Made by a program: the position numbers and the translations under genes. A stretch of 64,000 bases of DNA from Ancylonema sp. Taxonomy: Eukaryota. The notes beneath the pieces were generated by a model, which was not told the DNA's origin, did not search any database, and was given only the letters and a program-made list of their open reading frames with translations. Shown here piece after piece: positions 52,914-64,000 of the stretch; within the stretch, counting starts at the first letter, position 1; each line of letters starts with the position of its first letter. The stretch covers positions 1 to 64,000 of the forward strand of contig JBFLGF010000140.1 in the NCBI GenBank assembly GCA_050230475.1, read 5' to 3'.

Positions 52914-55900
52914 TGTAACGGAGTGACGTGTGCGTTTGTGCATTACTCTTGTTTTGTCGATTAATTAAGTTAATTATTGATTGCGCCTATAAGCAGAGTT
53001 GCTTATACTATAAGTAGAGTTGCTTATAGAGAGGGACGCCGGCCTCGAGCCTGCGCCCCGCCTAAGTATTATTGATAATTGGCGCAAGGTTGCGCCAATT
53101 AATACTTGTTTAATATTAGATATTACCACCCCCGCATGGAGCCCGTAATGACGGGTCAAAATCCCCGTCCGTTCGTACGGATTCAGCCGTACATGACGCA
53201 AGTCAACCGTCGTTTGCGGAATTCCATCCCGCATCGGCAGTTCGAGCTCGTAGAGCTTTTCAGTGGCCTCGGCGAACCGCTGTCAGCTGAGGGAGTTTTC
53301 TCTCAACTGAATATGAGCTTGTGCACGATTCTATCGTGAGCTCCGCCTTCAAACATACACGCCGCGGCCTGCAAAGCATTTAGTAATTGAACAAGCTCTA
53401 GCATCGATGCATTCGTTAGGTGGAATGTTACTCCAAGGTTCACGTGCCATTGCGTACAAATCACGAACCATGAAGAGCGCAGAACAACGTTACAATGTAG
53501 GTGAGCAAGAGTTGCTCGCCACGGTGCACTGTTTGTGGTCGTAACCGATTATAATCCGAAAGTCTTCGTAAGTACCAAAACTGAGTTGTCAAGGCGGCAA
53601 GCACGATGGTCCGAGCTGTTACAGTCGTACGATTTTAAATGGGAATATCGGCCGTGAAGCACAAATCTTGCCGACTCTCTAAGTCGTATCGATAGGAAGG
53701 TGCCCTTGCCTCCTAGTGTCACAACGGCACCTGAACCACGGCGAGGGAGCGAGGAAGGGATAACTACTTTTCCGGACCCAACCACGATGCAAAGTAGGAC
53801 TATGATGGCTATCCACGTTGCTTTCCCAGATTCAGCCATGGATCTGTTTAAGACGATCTCGGAAGGATATGTCGTCGGCACTGAGTGTGAGGGCTCCCCA
53901 TCTTTCCAGAAAGGGGTATACAACCTAAACTATACCAATGGATTATGGTATAAAGATGACCGTGCATTCGTGCCCGCGGCGGCTCGAGAAACAATCATAC
54001 AAATTGGGCACGCAAGTGCGGTTGCGGGTCATTTTGGCGCCAAGAAGTCGATTGAGTTCATCAAACGTACTTATTGGTGGCCGACATTGTTGGTGGATGT
54101 TTCCAACTTTGTCCGGGGCTGTCTTGTTTGTCAACGGAGAAAGACATTAAATAGTAGGCCACAAGGGTTGTTGCAACCTTTGCCAATCCCGGAACGCCGT
54201 TGGTCATCGTTATCGATGGACTTTATCACAATTATTCCGACTACCGCACGGCAAAAGAATTCGATTCTTGTGTTCGTCGATAGGTTTTCGAAGATGGTTC
54301 ATTTCATCGCGGTTGAGGAATCGATGAAGGCAAAGGATTTTGCCCGTTTTTTCATCGATGGAGTTGTAAGACTCCATGGTCTTCCCGACGAAATTATTTG
54401 TGATCGAGATCCTAAATTTCGGGCCGCGTTCACGCAATTTGCTGGATTGGAAGTCGATTTGAAGATGAGTACTTATTTTCATCTTCAGACCGACGGGCAA
54501 ACCGAGAGGACCAATCGAACTTTGGAACAATATCTTCGTTGCTTCATTGATGTCGACATGTCTGGTTGGGACCAGTGTACTCCCTTCGAGACGAATGGCG
54601 GTCAGAACCCAAAAATACCGTTAACCCTTCGGGCAAGTGCTCCTCTGCAAACGGGGCAACCAGGAGGTTAGGACCCTACTTGTTAGGAGTGGAATATGAT
54701 GGAGCTCCTAGCAAACTGGGTTGCGAATGCACACACAAAAATGATGGTGAAAATGAGTCGCTAGGATAGGGGCGAATGAGCCGATGGTCATGATGGTCGT
54801 GTAGGTATGGTAGAGGCACAATGTGCAAGTACATGAGTTGATAGGAATGCTATAAAGGCATTCCTATCGACTATATATGGTAAACTGGCTCAGGTCTGAA
54901 TCACGACTCCAAGTGGGATAACTCACTCTATATGCTAAGGACAATCAAGTCTGGCTAACGGCACAACTCCGAGCTAAGGACACATCAGAATACTCCTAGG
55001 GGCCAGGCGGCCGCTAGGGACACAACTCCACTCTATAGGGACAGCTCGCTACAGGGGAATCTGAGCTAATAGCGCTCTAGCGCTAAGTGTGAGGACCTCG
55101 CTAAGGAACACCCTAGTGACTGTAGCCTTTGCCTGTACCCTCGTCCCCCCTCAAGGCGCGGAACGCGATGAAGGAGGCGGTGCAGGCCGAGCGGGAAATG
55201 TGGCATGGAACTCGGCGACCGCGTCAGCAGCAGTTTCCATGTGGTCGGCAGGTTCCCAAGAACGCTCCGATTCATAGTACCCGACCCAATCGACGAGGTA
55301 AAATAGCCGGCCCCGCACGAATTTGGAGTCCAGAACTGTGGCCACCTCATGGTGCGGCGCGCCGTCCACAACGACTGGAGGTGGAGGCGCCACGACACGA
55401 CCCGGGAAGGAGTTGGCATGGTACGGCTCGAGGAGGCTGACGTGGAAGACGGGGATGGAGTTTCACAGAAACCGGCAGCTCCAAGCGATACGACGAGGTG
55501 CCGATCTGGCCGAGAACCGGAAAAGGACCCAGACGACAACATCGAGTTTGGAGGAAGGACGAGTGGATCCGACGTGGCGCCGGGACAGCCATACTTTCTG
55601 ACCCGGCGAAAATATCGGAGCTGGTTTCCGCTTCCGATTGGCCGAGATTTCCATCGCCCGCTGGGATTTGCGAAGCGCTGACTGAGGAAATCTTGGGTGT
55701 CGTGGATCTTTTTGACGTATGTGTCGGCTGCGGGGTTGGGGTTAATTGGGGAGGGTGGGAGCACCGACATCTGCGGGTGGAAGCCGTAGTTGGCAAAGAA
55801 CGGGGAAAGGGTGGTGGCGGAGTGCTTGGAGTTGTTATAAGCGAATTCCGCCAGCGGCAGGAGTTGGGACCAATCGGAGTGCTGGTAATCGGTGTAGATG

Positions 55901-58900
55901 CGCAGATATTGTTCTAAAACCGAGTTAAGGCGCTCCGTCTGCCCGTCCGTCTGCGGGTGAAAAGCAGAGGAACGGTTGGCCCGTACGCCGAGCAGCTCCA
56001 ACAGCCGGCGCCAAAAGTGGCTGGTGAAGATGGGATCGCGGTCGCTGATGAGGCTGCTGGGCCTGCTGGGCACCCCATGCAGGCGCACGACTTGCTGCAC
56101 GAACGCTGCGACTTCAGGAGCCGCCATGGCCTTTGGTAAGTAGGGATGAGGGCCTGCTTCGTGAGGCTGTCGACGACCACAAGAATGGCGTCGTGATAGT
56201 CGCTCGGGGGTAGGTCAGTAATCCAATCTAGGGAGACACTGGCCCAGGGCTGGGTAGGGATAGGGAGAGGGGACAGCAGTCCATAGGGCGCATGGCGCAC
56301 CGGCTTGTTCCGGGCGCAGATGTCGCACGTACGCACGTACTCCTCCACTGCCTTCGAGAGGCCAGGCCAGTGGAAGTACTGCGCTACTACCAGCGCGTGC
56401 GTGCGGGCAGTGCCGAAGTGGCCTGCCATAGGTGCGTCGTGGTATTGTGTCAGGATAGAAATGATAAGAGCTGCAGCGGTAGAGGGAATAGCGAGTCGGC
56501 CGCTATGGTAGAGAAGGCCGTCTCGTAGGGTGTATGGGAAATTGGACTCGCCTGCAGTGCGACTCGGGTTGGATTCCCGAGCGGGTCCTGGTTGTAGGGA
56601 CGTAACGATAGCGTATAGAGTAGGGTCCGCTAGCTGAGCCGCGCGCACGTCGTGTAGGATGGGGTCATTAGGTGCCAGCAGGATAGCTGCCGCACGCACC
56701 GGGGGAAGTGGTAGAAGAGCTGGTGGGGGGAGGATAGGGTGGGGGGATGTAGCTGGCAGCAGGTAGTCAGGTCTGCGGGAGAGGGCGTCCGGCTTGCCAT
56801 TGCTGGACCCCTTCCGGTAGACAATAGTGAAGTCGTAGGCTGCCAGCGTCTCGGCCCACCTTGCGTGCCTGCGGGATGTAATTCGGGCTGCAAAGTATTC
56901 CAGGTTCTTGTGGTCCGTATAGACCACGATGATAGGGTGTGCTGCCCCTTCCAGATAGACGCGCCACTGGCGAAAGGCCGCCACGATGGCGAGCAGTTCT
57001 TTATCGTAGATAGGGTAGTTTAGTTCTGCGGGGATGAACTTGCGGGAGTAGAACGCGACGGGGTGGAGTTCGCCGCTGGCGTCTGGCTGCGATAAAACGC
57101 AGCCGAGGCCGAAGTCTCTGAGGCGTCGGCTTCGAGGGAGTGGCTGCAGGGGCTGGAAGTGCTGCAGGACTGGAGCGGAAGTGAAGGCCCGCTTGAGGGA
57201 TATGTGAAAGGCCTCCGCCTCCCGTGTCCAGCCAAAGGTCGCTCCCTTGCGTGTTAATGAGGTAAGGGGGCACGCCACCGTCTAATAATCTTTAATAAAA
57301 CGCCTGTAGAAATTAGCAAACCCCAGAAATGACTGGACCTCCTTGACGGACTGGGGGCTGCGGCCAGTCAAGGAGAGATGCCACTTTCTGGGGGTCCATA
57401 CCCCACGCCTGCTGGAGAGACCTGGTAGCCTAGAAAGGCGATAGTGTCAGTATTGAACTGGCACTTCTCGATTTTGGCGTAGAGTTTTTTCTCGTAGTCG
57501 CCAGGATAGAACGGACGAAGGACGTGTTCAGCAGGGGATGGGGAATAGATAATCATGTCGTCGAGTAGGTTTGCGAGGTAGACGTCGAGAGGTGCCCGAA
57601 AGACGTCATTGATGAAAGACTGGAATGCTGCCGGGGCATTGGTGGGCCCGAAAGGGCAGACCTGGTACTCGTAGTGTCCATAGCGGCAGCGGAATGCGGT
57701 CTTGTACTCATCCCCCCCTCCTTTACGCAGCTGGTGATAGGCGTTGCGGAGGTCGATCTTCGTGAAGATCGTGGCGGTTTAGGCGGTCCAGCAGCTCAGG
57801 TGAGGGGGAGAGGACAGCGGTTTTTTATAGTCACTGCATTTAGCTTGCGGTAGTCAACGCAAGCGTAGTTTCCCGTCAGGTTTTTTGATGAACATGACAG
57901 GTGCTCCTCCCGGGCTGGACGACGGCCGGATGAAGCCGTTGCGCAGGTTGTCAGTGATGTATGTCTTAAGAGTTGCCAGCTCTGGTTTTGACAGGGAGTA
58001 AATTGGCCCCCAGGGGGGTTCTGCACCTGGCAGGAGGGGTATCTCCAATTCATACGGCCTGTGGGGGGGGAGGGTGTTTGCAGATTGCTCGGAGAACACG
58101 TCTGCAAAGTCGTGGTATTCGGGAGGCAGCTGGGCGAGAAGGGCAGGGTCTGGAGGGAGCTGCACCACGTGTAAAAGTGCAGGTTTTGGCTTGGCTTGGG
58201 GTAAGGGAAGGGGGGAAGGGGGGGAAGGTTGGGGACTGGGTATGGGGGTGGTGGTGGGGGTTGGAAGCAAGCACTGAGCGGTACAGTGAAGGATGGTGAG
58301 GGATATGGTGCCTGACTTCCAATCTATGTTTGGGTTATGTTTGTGCAGCCACGGGAAACCGAGGACCACCGGGCAGTGCGCCAGCCGGGTGAGTCCAAGG
58401 AGATGGTCTCCGTGTGGTCGCCTGGGATCTGAGCTGCGCCGAAAAATAGCAGGTAATGGGGCCCGCAGCCCGGGGGCTGCCGCCTATCAGCTCGACTGGG
58501 ATGGGGTGGGGATGGGGGTGGGTTGGGAGGTTATTGTCTGACAAAACCTGCGGGTCGATAAAGTTGCCTGACGCCCCCGAGTCGATCAGCACTTTGACAG
58601 ATATGGGAGGGAGGGGGTAACGAAGCAGGTGGCAAGCCAGCAGAAACTGGCGGGGGTGGGGAAATGGGGAGGGTAGGGGAAAGGGACCCGCACAGACCCC
58701 TCCTAGGACTGTGTGGGGTAGTCGTTTTTTGACTCGGGGGGTTGCAGATCGAGGAAGCGCACGGTGCGGCCCTTGCCCTTGTTGGGGCAGGTTCTGTTGT
58801 CATGGCCGGGCAGGCCACAGTAAAGACACAGGTTGCCAGCCACACGGCGGGCCATCTCCGCGGGTTCTACCTTGAGGATCTGGCGGCGGGTGCCGATGTC

Positions 58901-61606
58901 TATGGGGACAATCTGCAGGTGAGGGGGCAGCTGTTGGGGGAACTGATCTGCCACTCTGGCTGGTGGGGGGATGTAGGTGGATCTGGAGGGTCTGTCCAAA
59001 CGAGCAGCAGCCAGGGCGTGTTCGATGTTCTTGACAAAGGTAACATACTCGGAGAAAGTGTCAGGGGGGGACTGAACCTTCAAGATCTCCTGCCTGAGCT
59101 CTGGCTTCAGTTTGTCAAAGTAGTAAGTGAATATCAATGGATGATCTCCCCACCCCTGACTGACTAAGGTTCTGAACTTGGAAGTGAAGTCCTGAACGCC
59201 CCCTGTTTGTTTGAGTTCCCGTAGCTGGCGTTCTGTGGTCAGATTGGATGGGGTGTCGCCAAAAGCTTCACTCAGCCCCCTGAGAAGAGCGTTCACGTCA
59301 TAACCCGCGGGAAGGTTGTTATCTGGGTCGTGTTGCTGAGTGAACCAGTCGCCAGCAGCACCAGGTAGGAAGGACGAGAAGTAGAGGACTGTATGCTCAG
59401 GGTCAGAGAATCTGATAGGAGCCACCCGAATCTGGTTACGCACTAGTCGTAGAAAAGTTGCCAGATTTGCAGAATCGCCTGAATATTTCTGTAAATCAGG
59501 GAGGACCATTTCTGAGGAGGGTGGCTTGTAGACTGGTGGGGAAACAGGGATAACAGGGATAGGTTGAGCAAAGGAAGTGGGTAGGGCTGAGATAGGAGAT
59601 GGGGTGCTGAGCGCCTCCACCACCTTTTGTTTTTCATGAAGCTCGCTCGATTGAGCAAATAAGGTTGTTATTCTATCATCTGTGTCCGCCTGCCGTTCCA
59701 TGTTTTCGCTGAGTTGCAACCTCATTGCATTCAGAGTCTCGACAATTTGTTGCAACTCCATGAAGAAAACTGAACTGAAAAAGTGAAATTTTTTCCCTAA
59801 AAAAAAAAAAATCTCAAGTGTATTCCTATCAAAGTGTAAGGAGTGGAATATGATGGAGCTCCTAGCAAACTGGGTTGAGAATGCACACACAAAATGATGG
59901 TGAAAAATGAGTCGATAGGATAGGGGCGAATGAGCCGATGGTCAAGATGGTCGAGTAGGTATGGTAGTGGCACAATGTAGAGGCACAATGTGCAAGGGCA
60001 CAATGTGCAAGTACATGAGTTGATAGGAATGCTCTAAAGGCATTCCTATCGACTATATATAGTCAACTGGCTCAGGTCTGAATCTCGACTCCAAGTGGGA
60101 TAACTCACTCTGGATATGCTAAGACCACATCAAGTCTGGCTAACGGCACAACTGCCGGAGCTAAGGTCACATCAGAATACTCCCTAGGGGCCAGGCGGCC
60201 GCTAGGGACACAACTCCAACTCTATAGGGACAGAACTCGCTACAGGGTAATCTGAGCTAATAGCGCTCTAGCGCTTAGTGATTGTAGCGAGTGTCCTAAC
60301 ACTACTGCTGAACGTTTTCGTACCAAGATTGACAGACTCTTAACGAAGGTTCGGAAGAGTTATCAAGAGGCTCAAGCAAGGCAGAAAATGAATGCTGAGA
60401 ACCGCAACAAATGGGAGGAACCATTTTCTGTTGGGACGAGTGTTTTTTTATCTACTAAGAGGATGACTCTATCAACACCCGGGCCAAGTAAAATCTCGCC
60501 TAAGTTCATTGGTATGTTTAAGGTGTTGGCCAGAATTGGTGAGGTTGCCTACCGATTGGATTTGCTCGTGCATCTGAAAATTCATAATGTTTTTCATGTG
60601 AGTTTGTTGCGGCGTTTTGTACAGAGTTAATCGTCGATTCCACTGGCGGGTCCCGTGGAAACAAATGTAGAATATGAAATCGAAAAACTCCACGATTTCC
60701 AAGTTCTGAAAGTCGGCCGTGGCACACGATGTGAATTTCCGGTCAAGTGGTTGGAGTATGGATCTGAACATAACACTTGGTAACCAACGATTGTTATTGA
60801 GAAATCAGCGCCACTGATGGTAACTAAATTCCTGGCTCGAAAAAAATCTTTGTCAAAATCTAAAGACAACAGTGCGAAGAGTGTTACGCAAACAGTTGGA
60901 ACAACATTTTCCGGCGTATTAGTCCATACAGGACTGCGGAAACGGAAAAAGACCTAGTAACTTTTTGTGTGGTCAATGCGGACATTGCCACTTAAAGGGG
61001 GGCGAGTGTTACGGAGTGACGTGCGCGTTTGTGCATTACTCTTTTTTTGTCGATAATTAAGTTAATTATTGATTGCGCCTATAAGCAGAGTTGCTTATAG
61101 AGAGGGATGCCGGCCTCGGGCCTGCGCCCCGCCTAAGTATTATTAATACTTGGCGCAAGGTTGCGCCAATTTATACTTGTTTAATATTAGATATTACCGC
61201 CCCCGCATGGAGCTTGTAATTGTCTATTATTTCGACGGGTCCTTTGACGGGTCAAAGTCCCCGTCCGTTCGACGGATTCAGCTGTACATGACGCAAGTCA
61301 ACCGTCGTTTGCGGATTCCATCCCGCAATCGAGAGTTTGAGCTCGTAGAGTTGTCCAGTGGCCTGGGCGAACCGCTGTCAGCTGAGGGAGCTTTCCCTCA
61401 ACTGAACACGAGTTTGTGCACGATTCGATCGTGAGCTCCGCCTTCAAACATACACGCCGCAGCGTGCAGAGCATTCACTCATTCAATTGTTGAACGAGCT
61501 CTAGCTGGTGCAGACTGCGGACACAGCGGGTCGATTACGTTCAAGTCATATGTGTTTGTTATTTGCAAATAACGTTATTTATATTGCCCTGTGGCGGTAC
61601 ATTACT
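52914..61606 (+). mobile_element. Gypsy chromovirus family B copy 3 (internally deleted): 5' LTR, RNase H, integrase, chromodomain, PPT, 3' LTR (61007-61606)
   Basis: LTR from 52914 joins directly to RNase H at ~53403. Integrase GHFG..C..C, SMDF, DRD, TDGQTER (53700-54671) continues with KFIG..FHVSLL (60307-60630). Chromodomain YEIEKL..VKW..YG..NTW (~60670-60790); PPT AAAGGGGGGCGAG at 60994-61006. Confidence 0.92.
54681..60301 (-). mobile_element. Full-length nested chromovirus D (Tf1/sushi/Tcn1-like Gypsy), frameshifted
   Basis: TSD CTACT (54676-54680, 60302-60306); LTRs 59835-60301 and 54681-~55138. Gag 58703-59761 with CLYCGLPGHDNRTC; LIDSGA protease; RT; RNase H (YDKELLAI, TDHKNL); integrase; chromodomain HEVATVLDS..YLVDWVGY..SWEP. 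Confidence 0.95.
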
Positions 61607-61751
61607 GGGAGGGTGAGGGGGGAAGGAGGGGAGGGGGGGAGGATGGGGGTGGGAGGGAGGGGGGGGGAAGGTTTACCCCCCACCAATCCAAGAGGGCGGC
61701 AGTTGGGGGGAAGTAGCACGGGCGGCTTGGGGGGGGGGGTGGGATAATTCA

Positions 61752-63360
61752 CCTGGTAGTAGCCTGCCTGGTTATGCCCCATGAACGACATTCCGTATGG
61801 ACCCTGAGGAGACAGGGGGGGAGGGGACAAAGGAAGATAAAAATATGAAATGGGGAGGAGGGGGGAGATGACATTCTCAATACCGGAAACTGTATCCCGG
61901 ATCCTGGTTACTGGATACTGGATACTAGATACTGGATACTATACACTTGGTCTAGGTATTGCAAATATATCAAATCCTACCCCATAGTGTTTGCCGTATA
62001 GTGGCAACTAGAGAAAGAGTGTATATTGACCTGCATCATCCCCTCCCCGCCCTGCAGCTGCTGCTGCTGATGGTACAGGGAGGGGGGTAGGTGTGGTTGC
62101 TGAGGCACCTATGGGGGAGGTGTAACGAGGGCTGGGATTGGGTACGAGTAGAACGCATGCGCGTGAGGCTGGGGCTGGGGCTGGGGATGGGGGGGGGGGA
62201 ATGGAGCACGGAGAAGGGAGACGGGAGGGGTTTTAAAACGAGAAACATAAAAATATAAACTTTGACTTTAACTTCAACTTTGTGTTTGCTTTTTTGTTCG
62301 CTATTTGACAGAAGGGGCAAAGTGAGGCAAAAGTGAGGCAAAAGAGGCAAAAGTGAGGCAAAAGAGGCAAAAGTGAGGCAAAAGAGGCAAAAGTGAGGCC
62401 AAAGAGGCAAAAGTGAGGCCAATTAGGCAAATGAGCATAGGGGACACGCACCTCGCCGGATCGACAATCTCAAGGGTCATCACGTTTGGATGCTCCACCC
62501 TCAAGTTCGTTGCAATGTTTGACCCTTGTATTGAGAGGCTCTCTAAGTAGGGCCAAGCAGAGAAAGGTCGGACTCCCATCTGCTCGCATCGGATGACTTT
62601 GAGCGTTTGCAGGGATTTGAATCGAGTGAGCGCGAAAAATGGGCTCTCGAAAGTTTAAGAGGCTTCGAGTGACGTGATGTTAAGGGCGTGGGCAGCCGTG
62701 AATGTCAACACACCCTTGCCATAGTGAGCATGTGAAAGTCGGGGGGTAGTGAGACTCGGGCAGTGGAAGGAGCAAGGAGGCCTAACCGCGATTGCATTTT
62801 CGTTGTACTCGATGGCGGTCGAGAGGTGCGTGCATTTTGGGCAATCCACGGTCACAACACGGATCACAACACCTTACATTCGAATACAAGAGTTTCCAGC
62901 TCCGGGTGGCGAATGTCGATGGGATCGACGCCCAAAGGTTTCCCCTTCACAACGAACAACTGAAGCTGTGGATATTTCGACAAAAGTAATCGGAAGAAAG
63001 CCGGGTTTACGCGTTAATCAGATACCTCGAGAATCCTCAGATTCGGATCTATCACCCCCCCAATCGATGGTATGTGATTCTTATCATATCCAAGAGCTGC
63101 CGAAACCCTGAACTCCTGGGCAGCTTCGAACACCCTTAGAACGATCTGATTGGCCCTATTATTCCCGCATCTCTCCCCCTTGCTGCCTATGTTTCTCTTT
63201 CGCACAACTCCCACTCTCCTCCACAAGGTAGTGCCTTCTAGCACAACCCCCTCCCACCGCCTGTTTACGGACATGACCTCAAATAACTCTTTTTGGGGGA
63301 GGTACGAGAAAACCTATGCCAGGAGAGCAGGATCTAGATTCTTCAACTCCCTGCCGTCTC
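61752..63360 (-). pseudogene. F-box protein (possibly with LRR-like region), disabled
   Basis: LKNLDPALLA*VFSYLPQKELFEVMSVNRRWEGVV is an F-box motif with TAG at 63314-63316, and there is a further stop at 63014. Downstream AG/GT exons at ~62030-62172 and ~61753-61803. Confidence 0.75.
62315..62421. repeat. Tandem (GGCAAAAGTGA/GGCAAAAGA)n
   Basis: Read directly; intronic. Confidence 0.9.
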
Positions 63361-64000
63361 CTTCCCCTCCGCTTCCAATTCCAGAAACAGCTCCAGCCGC
63401 CTGGGACCCACGGGATGGGATTGACCCGATCAACCCTCGCCCCCGCCCCCTTCCGCCCTCCCATCTCTCTGTTCTTCACGGCCATTCACCCTGTTTCTGA
63501 TTCAGACCACATGCCAAGCTGTCGAAGCTGCAGTGGAAGTGGCATTAACTAGGAGTGCAGCGATTTTCTCGCTACACACCTGAGTCACACGGATTTCCAG
63601 CATCGTATGAACTTATATGAAAGACTCCTTTAGCCTAGACTGTCTTCAACGACCGCTGAACGAGACACAATGTATGTCGTGCTCTTTTCTTTGCCGATGA
63701 GCGGTCAGCTGCAATACTTGTGAATCAATCCTTGGCCAGGATTATCCTGGGCCAAAAGTCCTGCGAGGTATGCTGGGGGACAGAACTTCTTGTGATTTAG
63801 GGCATCGCGAGGAAGTAGTTTTCGGCAGCTTCGTTCTGGAGAACCTCGATGCAGTAGAACCTGTCTCAAGTAATATAATTGGGCTAATATTACGAAGTTG
63901 AACAAAAAATCGTTCAACTCTTGGGCGGCAGAGTCTTATCCAGTCCTCGTAAGAAAATCGCACCGTCGATTGATCGCGTTGTGGCATTGGATACTAGGCA

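Overview
Eukaryotic genomic DNA. Protein similarities and spliceosomal introns point to a green plant, most plausibly a streptophyte alga or non-seed plant (inference). The left ~30 kb holds intron-rich host genes: a decayed S-adenosylmethionine-carrier-like pseudogene, a ZIFL-like MFS transporter (+), PRMT4/CARM1 (-), squalene epoxidase (-) and a trypsin-fold protein (+), plus intronic simple repeats and a TA-flanked MITE. The right ~32 kb is a nest of LTR retrotransposons ending in an F-box pseudogene. Highlights: (1) a Ty3/Gypsy polyprotein carrying a C5-cytosine DNA methyltransferase between protease and RT (about 35.7-36.8 kb); (2) a second related element whose protease frame runs through a long unknown linker into a diverged DNMT-like domain lacking the catalytic Cys; (3) a complete chromovirus with an 11-nt self-priming site instead of a tRNA PBS; (4) swapped target-site duplications indicating an inversion between two head-to-head chromoviruses; (5) a Copia/Gypsy chimeric tandem duplication. 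All homology calls come from motif recognition by eye, not from database searches.
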